Shown: positions 27,233 through 37,618 of the stretch, piece after piece
How positions within the stretch are numbered: position 1 is the stretch's first letter
Layout: every line of letters starts with the position of its first letter
Source of the DNA: a virus
Taxonomy: Duplodnaviria; Caudoviricetes
IMG/VR virus record: IMGVR_UViG_3300025909_000005
Length of the DNA: 64,000 nucleotides
Reading direction: 5' to 3' (one strand)
Program-made: the position numbers and the translations under genes
The notes under the pieces: generated by a model
Database searches by the model: none
Told to the model about the DNA's origin: nothing
Seen by the model: only the letters and a program-made list of their open reading frames with translations

Positions 27233-27259
27233 CTGGGCCGGGATTCGATCCCGGCCCAG
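27233..27259 (+). other. perfect 12-bp intergenic hairpin without U-tract
   Basis: CTGGGCCGGGAT-TCG-ATCCCGGCCCAG. Confidence 0.7.
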
Positions 27260-27285
27260 ATTCTTAGGACGCGAAAGGCTTTAGA

Positions 27286-30200
27286 GTGAGAACACAACTA
27301 CCTGGTGAACAGATCCTAGATGGCAGCGTTGATACACCGGACCTTAAGAATGGCGCAGTCACAGATGTAAAGCTCAGTGACACTGGTGTCGCCGCTAGCA
27401 CCTTCACCAGCGTTACGGTGAATGCGAAGGGACGCGTCACCGCAGGCACGAATCCAACCACGCTCGCTGGATACGGCATCACAGACGCCGTTTCATCAAC
27501 TGATGCTGCCTCTTTCCCGATCATTCTCACGTCGCCTATCGCAGGCTTCACGGCTGGTCGTGTTCTCATGGGCACCACCAATCAGATCGTGCTCACGGAT
27601 GACGGCACGAACCTAACCGTCTCAATTGCAGACAACGCAGTTCTTCCTGGAACTGGCGCGGTCACTGTTCCATCTGGCACGACTGTTCAGCGTCCAACCG
27701 GCGCTGCTGGTCAGCTACGCTACAACACCACAATTCCTGCGCTCGAGGCCTACGTTGGTACTCGTGCATGGCAGCAGCTTGTTCTGGATGATGATCCTCG
27801 TCTTCAGAGCGACGCCTTTGTCAAGGTTGTTGACAAGACTCCAGTCGGTTCCCAGTACAGCTCCATCGCGGCAGCTTGCGCGGCAATCACGACAGCTTCT
27901 GAATCTCAGCCATGGATCGTTCGAGTTGGTCCTGGCCGCTATGTTGAGCCACAAATCGATGTTCCACCATGGGTCACGGTTGTGGGTCAAGCTGGCGCAG
28001 AATACGCAATCATCGTCACTCCTGACGATGGCACCCACCCCGTCTTCACGCTCGCCGAGAACTCTGGCGTTGCATCGCTGACCGTCTTCGATGCCACTGG
28101 CACAGATCAGGCTGGTTTCCAGATTCACAACTGCGGTTACTACGTCCTCCTGCACAAGGTGTCGATGACGAACGTCTCCGTTGGCTGGGACCTCGTTGCC
28201 GATTCTGTTGACTCGACGGTCTACTTCGAGTACTGCGACTGGGCAAGCAATGACGCGACCCAGGTTGGCCTGAAGATGTCTTCTGCCAATGGCTTCTCGC
28301 TGTACCTCAACGCAGAAAATTTCTACACCTACGGTCTCGCTGCAAACGCTACCTCAAGCATGATTCTGACAGGCAACAAGACTGTCCTGAACATGCAGGC
28401 CTTCGGTCTCGAAGGTGCTGACGGTACAGGTACCGCCCTGGTCGTTGAAGATGGCGCGCAAGTTGATGCCAAGGCCGGCCACATGTTTGGTTGGGACACT
28501 GCTGTCCACATTCCAAACACGGGCACTGCGCCGACGGTCAACATCTTGGCCGTTGACTTTTCGAACAACACAACGTGGGACCTCTTCACTGAGCACCCAT
28601 CTGCAATCGGTACCCTCAACGGCGGTACTGCTGATCGACTGAAGGTCAACGCCTCGGCGTCTCCTCTGTTCACGGCTGCCTACGCAGACGTGCTGCACAA
28701 CGAGTACGCGCAGACTGGCGACTTCTTCCTTGGTGACGATCAAAGCACGCTCACGAACATCTCACCTGCTATCTTCGAAAGCGGTGCAGTTGGTGTTCTG
28801 AATGGTGGTGCAATCTCGGTTGGCGCGGCTTCGGCGTCTGTTGACATCAGCGCCGGCTACGGTTACCTCCGCGATCCAACGACTCAGAAGCTGAAGCTCA
28901 TTACGTGGACTGCACAGACCAGCTTCCCGCTGATTGACAACTCACCGAACACAATTTGGGTTGACACGACTGGCACCTTCCACGCCACTCTCACGGACCC
29001 AGATGCGTACGAGAACATCATTCTTGGTGGTGCACTCTCCTTTGGTGGTTCGGTTGGCTTTATCGCGCGCACTGCTCTGCAGGCAGACAACGCTGCCACC
29101 CACCTTGACGACTTCCTTCGCGCTGCCTTTGGTACGATCTTTGTCTCGGGTTCGATGGTCTCTGAGAACGCGACGACGCCGTTCGCTCTCGATGTTTCGT
29201 CAGGCGTGTACTACTACTCGCGCATCAAGTTCTCGCCAAGCGGTGGAACTGGCGTCATGTTCCTCGAGTTCCAACCAGATGGAACATTCGCGCCCGCAAC
29301 AACGATCAACCACACGCAGTACAACAACGCAGGCACTCTGACGTCCCTCGCCGCAGGTACGTTCACAAAGCACGCGCTGTACCTGTTCGAAGACGGCGCT
29401 GACGAGACCTACGGCTTCGTGTTTGGTGACACGCAGTACGCCACCCTGAATGACGCCGTTGCTGGTCCTCTCCCAATCCCGCCATCGTTCTTCGTTCCAC
29501 CTGTCGTTGTCATCGCTGCGATTATCGTCCAGCAGGGTGCTACCCACATCTCGGAAATCCTTGATGAGCGTCCACGTCTTGGCTTCGTTGCAAGCGCGAC
29601 CTCTACGACCAGCGACCACGGTAACCTGACTGGTCTGCTTGACGACGACCACCCTCAGTACCTGCTAGCGAGCGGCGCTCGCTCCATGACGGGCAACCTT
29701 GACCTTGGTGGCTTCAGCCTAACGAGTGTCAACTTGGTTGACGGTGTTGACGTGTCGGCCCATGCTTCACGCCACCTGCCAAACGGTGCTGACCCAATCA
29801 CAACTGGTCCAGGCATCTCGGTCTCGGCCACGAGCACGAACTCCACAGGTACCGCGAACAGTCTCTCGCGAGCCGACCACGGCCACGCACTGGTTCTTGA
29901 CGCTGACCTGAATGCTCTTGCTGCGCTGACGACAACTGGTCTTGCAGCTCGTACCGCTGCTGATACCTGGACAACTCGTACCCTCACCGGCACCGCCGGT
30001 CAAATCGTCGTGACGAACGGCAGTGGCGCTGCTGGAAATCCAACGCTCACGCTTGACACCGTCGGCACGGCAGGCACATACGAATCCGTTACGACTGACA
30101 TCTACGGTCGCGTTACATCTGGCATCACTACTTCGTCGTACACTCTGGATTGGTCAAGGCTCGTCAACACGCCAACGACGCTGTCCGCCTACGGCATCAC

Positions 30201-32823
30201 GGACGCCCAGCCAGTTGACTCTGACCTGACTGCAATTGCTGGTCTTGGCACTGCTGGTTTCATCATCCGGACGGGTGCAGGTACGGCCGTTACACGTTCA
30301 CTCACCGCCCCAGCTGCCGGTCTCACGATCACGAATCCTGATGGCGTCTCTGCTGCTCCAGTCTTTGCGCTCGCAAACGACCTGGCCGCGCTGGAAGGAC
30401 TTGCCTCCACGGGTATCGCTGTTCGCACCGGCACCGACACGTGGGCACAGCGCACGATAGTTGCGCCTGCCGCGGGCATCACGATCACCAACGGCTCTGG
30501 TGCTGCTGGCAACCCTACTCTTGCGCTCGCAAACGACCTCGCAGCCCTCGAAGGACTCGCAGCGACCGGCTTTGCAGCTCGCACCGCAACTGACACGTGG
30601 ACGCAGCGCTCGATCACGGGCACCTCTGGTCGAATCTCTGTCACGAACGGCGACGGCGTTGCAGGCGCGCCAACCCTTGACCTCGTCGCAACTGGCACCG
30701 CGGGCTCCTACGGCATGGTCACGACCGATGCCTACGGTCGTGTAACAGCTGGTACCACCAATGACATCGCTCACGGCGGCACGAATCTAACGACACTTGG
30801 CTCTGCCAACCAGGTGCTTGGCGTAAACGCTGGAGCGACTGCTCTCGAGTACAAGACACTCACCCAGGGTACCGGCATCTCGATCACTAACGGTGCCGGC
30901 ACTGTTACAATCACCGCTACTGCAAATGGCACTGTCACCTCGGTAAACCTCACAGCTCCTGCTGCAGGTATTTCGGTTTCGGGCGGCCCAATCACGTCTT
31001 CTGGTTCCATCACGCTCGCACTCGCAAATGATCTTGCAGCGGTTGAAGGACTGGCAGGTACGGGCTTTGCAGTTCGTACTGCTGCTGACACCTGGACAAC
31101 CCGTAGCCTGACAGCTGGTTCCGGCATCGCAATCTCGAATGCTGACGGCGTTTCCGCTGCGCCAACGATCTCACTCTCAACTACTGGCACGGCTGGCACG
31201 TACGCAGTTGTAACGACGGACTCGTTCGGTCGAGTCACCTCGGGCACGACGACGCAGGCCTGGTCGACCATCACAGGCGCACCTACCACCATCTCGGGCT
31301 ACGGCATCACCGATGCCCAACCGCTTGATGCTGACCTAACAGCAATTGCTGCCTTCGCCTCGACGGGCTTTGCAGTTCGCACGGCCGCGGATACGTGGGC
31401 ACAACGCACGCTGACCGCTGGTTCCTCTAAGATCGCGATCACGAATGGTGCTGGTATCGCCGGCAATCCAACGATTGACGTCACTGAAGCGAACCTGACC
31501 ATCTCGAACATGGGCGGCACGCTTGCACTCACCCATGGCGGTACGGGTCTCACTGCTGGTGGCACGGCAAACCAAGTTCTTGGCATGAACGCCGCTGCAA
31601 CGGCACTCGAGTACAAGACAGTTACGGCTGGCACAAACGTCTCAGTTACGCAGGGTGTCGGCACAATCACGATCAACGCCACGGGTTCGGTTTCGTCGGT
31701 GAACATCACGCAGCCAGCGGCAGGCATCACCACTTCTGGCGGTCCGATCACGTCGACTGGCTCGATCACCCTCGCTCTGGCAAACGACCTTGCGGCTCTT
31801 GAAGGCCTCGGTTCCACGGGCTTTGCAGTTCGCACCGCCGCCGACACATGGGCTCAACGTTCCATCGCAGTTGGCTCTGGTCTCTCTGTTACGAACGGTG
31901 ACGGCGTTGCTGGCAACCCAACGATCAGCCTGTCTGGCACGAACTCCTCAGCATCTGGTGTCCTGTCTTCTTGGACGCTTGTTTCAGGAACTCGCTACTA
32001 CGCTGACTTCGCTCACAACCTGGCAACGAACAACGTCGTCATCACGCTGTACGACACGTCTGACAACTCAGTCGTTACGGCTGACTCGGTCGTTCTGACG
32101 AACACGAACACGGTTCGCGTCACCGTTGTTGGCAACACCCGCACCCTGCGCATCGTCGTTGTGGCAAACGGTCTTGCGATCAACACGGCTACCCAGTCAG
32201 CTGGCACGATCACGACCGCCCTCTCAGGTGTCAACGTCTCGACGGCCGCCTCTCGACTGAACTTCCAAGGTCAGGCAGTCTCGGTCTCTGATGCTGGCTC
32301 AGGCACGACCAACGTTACGATCGGCGCCCGCTTCTCGTACTTCGCCGCGTCGCTTGATTCGCCAATCAACTCCGACTGGGCAGTGAACGCGCTGGCACCA
32401 ACAGTCACTGACCCAACGTACCCATCCCTGACGGTTCGCCAGTTCAGCAACACGACCGAACAAGGCGTCGGCCTGCTGCTTTCTATTCCGGCTGGTGCAA
32501 CGACTGCAACCTTCCGCTTCCGTGGTCGTGCAGGTGCTGCTCCGGCCTCCGCCTCGGTTGCAGGCATGCGCATCTACCAACGTCTCATCCCTTCAGGTTC
32601 CGCTGTCGGTGCTTGGTCGGCTGTCCACGAAATCGGTGAAATCCCACTGCCAGTCACGACGCAGTACTTCCAGTATGCAACCTACACGATCTCACTTGCA
32701 ACGCTTGGCATGACCGCCAACAACATGTATCAAGTCGAACTCACGCGCCGCGTCTCTGGAACAACGGGTACAAACCTTGCTGCAAACTTCCTGCTGGCGG
32801 AAGTGACAGTGGAGCTCTCGTAA
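27286..32823 (+). CDS. long tail fibre (1845 aa) with beta-helix-like region and internal repeats
   Basis: GTG start; [11 protein letters not shown]...[10 protein letters not shown] pectin-lyase-fold-like cap; Thr/Gly/Ala-rich repeats. Confidence 0.8.
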   Translation: MRTQLPGEQILDGSVDTPDLKNGAVTDVKLSDTGVAASTFTSVTVNAKGRVTAGTNPTTLAGYGITDAVSSTDAASFPIILTSPIAGFTAGRVLMGTTNQIVLTDDGTNLTVSIADNAVLPGTGAVTVPSGTTVQRPTGAAGQLRYNTTIPALEAYVGTRAWQQLVLDDDPRLQSDAFVKVVDKTPVGSQYSSIAAACAAITTASESQPWIVRVGPGRYVEPQIDVPPWVTVVGQAGAEYAIIVTPDDGTHPVFTLAENSGVASLTVFDATGTDQAGFQIHNCGYYVLLHKVSMTNVSVGWDLVADSVDSTVYFEYCDWASNDATQVGLKMSSANGFSLYLNAENFYTYGLAANATSSMILTGNKTVLNMQAFGLEGADGTGTALVVEDGAQVDAKAGHMFGWDTAVHIPNTGTAPTVNILAVDFSNNTTWDLFTEHPSAIGTLNGGTADRLKVNASASPLFTAAYADVLHNEYAQTGDFFLGDDQSTLTNISPAIFESGAVGVLNGGAISVGAASASVDISAGYGYLRDPTTQKLKLITWTAQTSFPLIDNSPNTIWVDTTGTFHATLTDPDAYENIILGGALSFGGSVGFIARTALQADNAATHLDDFLRAAFGTIFVSGSMVSENATTPFALDVSSGVYYYSRIKFSPSGGTGVMFLEFQPDGTFAPATTINHTQYNNAGTLTSLAAGTFTKHALYLFEDGADETYGFVFGDTQYATLNDAVAGPLPIPPSFFVPPVVVIAAIIVQQGATHISEILDERPRLGFVASATSTTSDHGNLTGLLDDDHPQYLLASGARSMTGNLDLGGFSLTSVNLVDGVDVSAHASRHLPNGADPITTGPGISVSATSTNSTGTANSLSRADHGHALVLDADLNALAALTTTGLAARTAADTWTTRTLTGTAGQIVVTNGSGAAGNPTLTLDTVGTAGTYESVTTDIYGRVTSGITTSSYTLDWSRLVNTPTTLSAYGITDAQPVDSDLTAIAGLGTAGFIIRTGAGTAVTRSLTAPAAGLTITNPDGVSAAPVFALANDLAALEGLASTGIAVRTGTDTWAQRTIVAPAAGITITNGSGAAGNPTLALANDLAALEGLAATGFAARTATDTWTQRSITGTSGRISVTNGDGVAGAPTLDLVATGTAGSYGMVTTDAYGRVTAGTTNDIAHGGTNLTTLGSANQVLGVNAGATALEYKTLTQGTGISITNGAGTVTITATANGTVTSVNLTAPAAGISVSGGPITSSGSITLALANDLAAVEGLAGTGFAVRTAADTWTTRSLTAGSGIAISNADGVSAAPTISLSTTGTAGTYAVVTTDSFGRVTSGTTTQAWSTITGAPTTISGYGITDAQPLDADLTAIAAFASTGFAVRTAADTWAQRTLTAGSSKIAITNGAGIAGNPTIDVTEANLTISNMGGTLALTHGGTGLTAGGTANQVLGMNAAATALEYKTVTAGTNVSVTQGVGTITINATGSVSSVNITQPAAGITTSGGPITSTGSITLALANDLAALEGLGSTGFAVRTAADTWAQRSIAVGSGLSVTNGDGVAGNPTISLSGTNSSASGVLSSWTLVSGTRYYADFAHNLATNNVVITLYDTSDNSVVTADSVVLTNTNTVRVTVVGNTRTLRIVVVANGLAINTATQSAGTITTALSGVNVSTAASRLNFQGQAVSVSDAGSGTTNVTIGARFSYFAASLDSPINSDWAVNALAPTVTDPTYPSLTVRQFSNTTEQGVGLLLSIPAGATTATFRFRGRAGAAPASASVAGMRIYQRLIPSGSAVGAWSAVHEIGEIPLPVTTQYFQYATYTISLATLGMTANNMYQVELTRRVSGTTGTNLAANFLLAEVTVELS
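29890..31870 (+). repeat. seven degenerate ~32-aa repeats within the fibre
   Basis: (LAN/LDA/VDS)DL(A/T/N)A(L/I/V)xxLxxTG(F/I/L)AxRTxxDTWxxR recurs seven times; GTAGxYxxVTTDxxGRVTxG recurs three times here. Confidence 0.8.
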
Positions 32824-33515
32824 TGGCAGTGGTCTGCAATGCAACCGACTCTCACCTTACGTCAAACGTTGCAGGTCTTCCAAGCGCAGGCAGTCCAATT
32901 AGCTTGACGACCTGGATGTCAGGAATCTGGTCAACCGCAACGACCGCCGCGAAGTCGTTTGTAGGCGTGTACGGCCCCGCTACACCCACAACGGCGATTC
33001 AAATTGGCTCACGCACGACGAACGGTACATGCCAGGTCTGGACGTGGGGCGGCGGCGCCATGGTCGCTACACCTGCAATCATGGTCGACAACCAACTGAC
33101 GTTCATTGCCTATACCTATGACGGCACGAACCACAATGTCTACATCAACGGTGTGAATCAAGGAACGTCGACAACGGCTCTGCTTCCAGGTCAGTACACG
33201 ACGTTCTACATCAACGGCTACCCGACCGGGCTGACGAATGAAACTTCCACTCACACGGTTGAAAGCGTTTCGCTCTACAACCGAACTCTGAGTGCAGATG
33301 AAATCATGACGATGTACAACTCACGTGGATTCCGCCACAGCATCGTAAATGGCCTGCTCTCACACTACGAGTTCGATGAGGCCGGTGCTGGTGCAACCGC
33401 CAGCACCATCATCGACCTTGCTTCTACGCCAAGCAACTTGACATGGGCCGGTGCTGGCACGGTCATGACCTATACATACTCTAATGGCGATACTTCTTTG
33501 AGGCCTGTTCTCTAA
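32823..33515 (+). CDS. LamG/concanavalin-A-like lectin-domain virion protein
   Basis: ISLTTWM...FIAYTYDGTNHNVYING...VSLYNRTLSADEI. Confidence 0.8.
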   Translation: MAVVCNATDSHLTSNVAGLPSAGSPISLTTWMSGIWSTATTAAKSFVGVYGPATPTTAIQIGSRTTNGTCQVWTWGGGAMVATPAIMVDNQLTFIAYTYDGTNHNVYINGVNQGTSTTALLPGQYTTFYINGYPTGLTNETSTHTVESVSLYNRTLSADEIMTMYNSRGFRHSIVNGLLSHYEFDEAGAGATASTIIDLASTPSNLTWAGAGTVMTYTYSNGDTSLRPVL

Positions 33516-34303
33516 TGTCAACACATCTTGGTAAAATCTCGTTCCTTGACACCCCTGATGTCAACGGCGATCTCGTGCTCACGAGCACGACAGGTGTCGC
33601 GGCAGGTGGCGTTACTGGCACGTCGAACGCGATCACTGTCACCGGAACAACCAGCCCGATCATCGACATTGCCGACAACCCAATCATTGGTGGCACGGCT
33701 GGCATCTCGATTCCAAGCGGCACGACAGCTCAACGCTCAGGCACTCCCTCGATCGGCACGCTTCGCTTCAACACGTCTCTTGGCATCACAGAAATCTACA
33801 CTGGTAGCTCTTGGGTTCCAGAAGGCAAAGTTCTTCAATCCGTAGCCGGCAGTGTTGGTTCATTTTCCACGACAGCGGTACCCCCTAAGACATCTACATC
33901 CATTCCTTTGACAACCGATGGTGGCGTAACAATCTTTACGCAGGCATTTACACCAATCTCTGCATCATCTAGCATCGTCGTTCAGTTTGCTCTTACAGGT
34001 TATCTTGCTGTTTCAGGTCGAGCAATGTACAGTGCAGTATTTGCTGGCTCCACGTGCATTGGCATGACAACCGTTTCAACTCCAGCTGTCGGCGGAACCC
34101 TCGGCATCGGCACTGTGCCGCTCACGATGCAGTGTGTTTACCAGCCTGGCAACACGACAGCTATCACCTTTACAGGTCGAGTGGGCCACTTGAACGGCAC
34201 CGCCGGCAACACAACAACAGTAGGTGTCAACAACGTCGGTACATCTGGTAATTACGGTGGCGCAGCAAATACTGAATATCGTATCTTGGAGATCCTCTCA
34301 TGA
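33515..34303 (+). CDS. short fibre / receptor-binding-like protein
   Basis: IPSGTTAQRSG...GTLRFNT shared with the long fibre N-terminus; divergent C-terminus. Confidence 0.65.
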   Translation: MSTHLGKISFLDTPDVNGDLVLTSTTGVAAGGVTGTSNAITVTGTTSPIIDIADNPIIGGTAGISIPSGTTAQRSGTPSIGTLRFNTSLGITEIYTGSSWVPEGKVLQSVAGSVGSFSTTAVPPKTSTSIPLTTDGGVTIFTQAFTPISASSSIVVQFALTGYLAVSGRAMYSAVFAGSTCIGMTTVSTPAVGGTLGIGTVPLTMQCVYQPGNTTAITFTGRVGHLNGTAGNTTTVGVNNVGTSGNYGGAANTEYRILEILS

Positions 34304-34836
34304 TCACGCTTCCAAACTACATTGACGTACTTGAGGAAAAATATCCGAATCTCAGTGTCACGATTACGGGTGATCCGACAATTTATGGGAACTTGGTTCT
34401 GGTAGATCCGACACAAACCTTGCCTGATCAGCAGACGCTAGACGCAGATCTCCATTCTCTTCTGCAGACTCGCGTCTGGGAAGCCATCAAGGATCTTCGT
34501 GACTACAAGACGCAGAACGGCGGTTCGCACGTTGGCAACTACTGGTATCACTCAGATCAAGCATCTAGAACACAACAAATAGCTCTCGTCATTCTGGGAG
34601 CAAACATTCCCTCTGGCCTGATGTGGAAGACGATGTCTGGTCAATTCGTAAACATGACGCCAACACTTGCCTCACAGGTTTTTGCGGGTGCTGTCACGCT
34701 CGATCAAACAGCTTTTGGCGTGGCAGAGCAACATCGCCAAGCGATGCTTGCATCTGCTGATCCGGCAAACTATGACTTCACTACTGGTTGGCCGCAAACC
34801 TACGATGAAGCCAAGGCGGCTGGCCAAACCCTTTAA
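34300..34836 (+). CDS. DUF4376-like tail fibre assembly protein
   Basis: VWEAIKDLRDYKTQNGG...WYHSDQASR...WKTMSGQFV...DFTTGWP pattern. Confidence 0.6.
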   Translation: MITLPNYIDVLEEKYPNLSVTITGDPTIYGNLVLVDPTQTLPDQQTLDADLHSLLQTRVWEAIKDLRDYKTQNGGSHVGNYWYHSDQASRTQQIALVILGANIPSGLMWKTMSGQFVNMTPTLASQVFAGAVTLDQTAFGVAEQHRQAMLASADPANYDFTTGWPQTYDEAKAAGQTL

Positions 34837-34845
34837 AAGGAACAC

Positions 34846-35391
34846 ATGCAAATCCTCGTAAGCCCAACACCATTTGATTTTGATGTCTCAAGCATCTCTT
34901 TGATGGGAACTGCTGACTTTGCTTCAGTCTATGAAATTGGAGCACCAATTAACGATGGCGATCCTCTTCCTCCAATGACTGGCTCCCCTGTGTTTGAAGG
35001 TGCGAGTGGCTATCTTGTTGAAGGAACAGACTACACCGTGACAGGTGGGACTTTCAACCTCCTAACACCGCAAACTAATGTTGGCATTTTGTATGTGTCG
35101 GATACCATGCCAACACCCCCAACATCTGTTGACATTGAATTTGAAATTCAATCAACGGATTTTGATGGTGACGTCGGCACCACCTTTTATCTAACAAAGA
35201 CCTTCACTATCATCGACTCTGGCAAGTTGAGTCTGTTCAATCTGCCAGTTTACTACGTCAAGGACTCATTCTCACTCGCAGATCTTGGTGTTACATCACT
35301 GACCATTCCTACAGGCGGAAGCTATCTCATCTCGCAAAACACAATGAGTGTAGTGTCAGTGCTGTCATACGTGATTGGTGATCCTGTCTAA
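34846..35391 (+). CDS. hypothetical acidic protein (low GC)
   Basis: AAGGA SD. Confidence 0.7.
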   Translation: MQILVSPTPFDFDVSSISLMGTADFASVYEIGAPINDGDPLPPMTGSPVFEGASGYLVEGTDYTVTGGTFNLLTPQTNVGILYVSDTMPTPPTSVDIEFEIQSTDFDGDVGTTFYLTKTFTIIDSGKLSLFNLPVYYVKDSFSLADLGVTSLTIPTGGSYLISQNTMSVVSVLSYVIGDPV

Positions 35392-35822
35392 TGTCCATCA
35401 ACTTCTGTACTCTCGCTGCGACGACAGTCAACACCTTCTGCGGAAACCAGAGGGCGAAGATTCTCGCGCGCTTGATTACGGAAGCAGGCCATGACATCGT
35501 TGTACCACCAGCACCGCCTCCAATTGGTCACGGCGCGTCTGGTGGTATCGACTTCGTTCCAGCAACTGGCTTCAACCTCCCAACCACGCGTGCTCCGCTG
35601 CCAACGTGGCGTCGCCCTGATGAAGACAAGTTCCAGCAGCCGCTTGAGTCCACTGTCATCTCTGTTTCGGTCAGCGATGCCCTCGGCTTCTCTGGCACAG
35701 ACACGATCCACCTCGACAACCGTCTCGACTTCGTTACTGTCACTGACCTTGAAATTCAACCTTTCGGCCGCGTCCCAGCGTCTGAGGAGGTCACTGTAAA
35801 TATCTCAGAAATGGAGATGTAA
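35391..35822 (+). CDS. hypothetical late protein
   Basis: TAATG coupling. Confidence 0.65.
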   Translation: MSINFCTLAATTVNTFCGNQRAKILARLITEAGHDIVVPPAPPPIGHGASGGIDFVPATGFNLPTTRAPLPTWRRPDEDKFQQPLESTVISVSVSDALGFSGTDTIHLDNRLDFVTVTDLEIQPFGRVPASEEVTVNISEMEM

Positions 35823-35824
35823 CC

Positions 35825-36679
35825 ATGCTGCAAATCGGTCAAGCAAACGAAGTCAAGTTCAACGTCAACGTGAGCGGCACCTCCACGACTCCCTCTGTCA
35901 AGCTCATCATCGGTGCTGGCCAGACAGAGCTTGGTTTCAAGGCCGAACCAGTCCTGAATGAACCGAACCGTTGGTTCTCTGAGGTCAAGATCCCTGAGAA
36001 CTTCCAGCCAGGTTCCTACGACTTCCGAGTCGAGGTCCTCCTGAACAATCGCCTCTTCGTACCTGTCAAGAACAAGGTCATGATCGAGAGCCCGACGCCT
36101 GCCGCCGCCACTGAGGAGCAGATCCCTGCGAAGCCAGCAACTCCAACGCAAACGCCAGATCAGACCCACGAGTGGGAAGGTGAAGGCGGTGCACTGCCAG
36201 CTACCAAGGAAATTCCGAAGCCACTGCCACCAGAGCACGTCAATCCACCGACCACGCCCGCTCCGAAGCAGAGCCTGCTCAAGACCTTTGAGAAGGCCGA
36301 CAAGGTCGTCATTCCAGATCCTCGCCGTCTTGACAAGGTGAAGTTCAACACACCATACGCTGAGACCGGTCAAGATGGTTTCCAGCAGCGCCCAGAGCCG
36401 ACTTTCAATGGGCGCAAGACGTCTGATGGTAACGTCAAGCCACCAAAGAAGAAGTACAGCGTCAAGACACCGCTGCCAAAGCCAGGCGTAACACAGACGA
36501 CACCTCTGCCACAGAAGATCAACATGTTGAAGTCTGTGACTCAGGAATCCGCAGCGAAGTTTGACAAGGACCTCGTTGAATCTGGCACGTACGAATCTCC
36601 AGTTCGCGCCACCACATCCATCAATATCACACCAAAGATTCCTGTGACCCTTAAGAAGGGCGAGGTAGTATACGAATGA
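35825..36679 (+). CDS. hypothetical late protein (beta-rich N-domain, Pro-rich tail)
   Basis: TAAATA at 35797-802, GGAG SD. Confidence 0.7.
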   Translation: MLQIGQANEVKFNVNVSGTSTTPSVKLIIGAGQTELGFKAEPVLNEPNRWFSEVKIPENFQPGSYDFRVEVLLNNRLFVPVKNKVMIESPTPAAATEEQIPAKPATPTQTPDQTHEWEGEGGALPATKEIPKPLPPEHVNPPTTPAPKQSLLKTFEKADKVVIPDPRRLDKVKFNTPYAETGQDGFQQRPEPTFNGRKTSDGNVKPPKKKYSVKTPLPKPGVTQTTPLPQKINMLKSVTQESAAKFDKDLVESGTYESPVRATTSINITPKIPVTLKKGEVVYE

Positions 36680-36825
36680 AGACCTATAGCGACCACGTTG
36701 TAACCAAGGAAGAGCTCAACGCCTTCAAGAAAGAGCAAGAAGACACCAACTACACCCTGAAGGGAATGCTGCTTGCGTCCTTCGTGGTCAATGTCGTTCT
36801 CTCAATCGCGCTCTACCTGCACTGA
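36676..36825 (+). CDS. 49-aa protein with C-terminal TM
   Basis: ATGA overlap; absent from ORF track. Confidence 0.55.
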   Translation: MKTYSDHVVTKEELNAFKKEQEDTNYTLKGMLLASFVVNVVLSIALYLH

Positions 36826-36840
36826 GCTGCACCGGCGACT

Positions 36841-36846
36841 TATAAT
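36841..36846 (+). promoter_or_regulatory. -10 box, predicted leaderless start
   Basis: TATAAT-cgccgt-ATG(36853). Confidence 0.6.
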
Positions 36847-36852
36847 CGCCGT

Positions 36853-37170
36853 ATGCGCAAGCTCCTCTTCTATACCCTCCTCCTGCCGATCACCCTCATC
36901 ATGGTGGCCTATGAGCTTCTGCTCTGGCCGATCACGGTGATCCTTTGCCTGCGCGAGGTGCTCTACGCCCTCAGCTCCAGGTTTGAGCACTGGGCCTACA
37001 GGGTGCCGAAGGAGTACTTCATCAACTCGCCGTACAAGCGGACCCTCCGCCAGATCTTTGAAGATTCCTGGTCTGGAGTGAGTTGGGGCATCCTCAATAA
37101 CCGCACCCACTCGGACTACGTTCGAAACGGTGGTGATGCACGAAAGTTGACGCAGAGCGACATTCTTTGA
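36853..37170 (+). CDS. hypothetical membrane protein
   Basis: N-terminal hydrophobic segment. Confidence 0.6.
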   Translation: MRKLLFYTLLLPITLIMVAYELLLWPITVILCLREVLYALSSRFEHWAYRVPKEYFINSPYKRTLRQIFEDSWSGVSWGILNNRTHSDYVRNGGDARKLTQSDIL

Positions 37171-37195
37171 CACGTCTCGCCAGACGTGATATAAT
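37167..37195 (+). promoter_or_regulatory. consensus sigma70 promoter, predicted leaderless start
   Basis: TTGACA-N17-TATAAT-gggctc-ATG(37202). Confidence 0.85.
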
Positions 37196-37201
37196 GGGCT
37201 C

Positions 37202-37618
37202 ATGAAACACCCTCAAGCCCACATCATCGAGGCGTACGCAGACACCGCGTACCTCTTCCCCTCGCTCGCAGCCCGCGCGTTGTGGGTGGAAAGCAAGCAC
37301 TTCCCCGGCGTCTGGGATCGTACTCACATCGAGTACGTGATCACCCATCCTGAGGGGAACTACGCCATCGGCGAGCGCCCCGCGTCGAAGGAGAAGCCTG
37401 TTCAGCTCAAGCCTGGGCAGACCGTCTACATCAGCGTGCCGTCCGTCGGCAACTTCGTCTTCAACCCTGACGAGTGGAAGCTCATGTCGACGATGTCGCG
37501 TGATCAGCTTCTCATGAAGATTGAGCACGACTTCGGCGGTGACTCGTACTTCGACCACGACCACGCCGAAATCACCGCTGACTACATCCTCCATCGTTTC
37601 CTGAAGGACTCGAAGTGA
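37202..37618 (+). CDS. hypothetical protein
   Basis: First gene of the RNA ligase operon. Confidence 0.7.
   Translation: MKHPQAHIIEAYADTAYLFPSLAARALWVESKHFPGVWDRTHIEYVITHPEGNYAIGERPASKEKPVQLKPGQTVYISVPSVGNFVFNPDEWKLMSTMSRDQLLMKIEHDFGGDSYFDHDHAEITADYILHRFLKDSK

Noticed and set aside
29890-31870. Repeats as a CRISPR array or DGR template/variable repeat
   Set aside because: They are in-frame, synonymous-degenerate protein repeats without unique spacers; no cas or reverse transcriptase gene in the window
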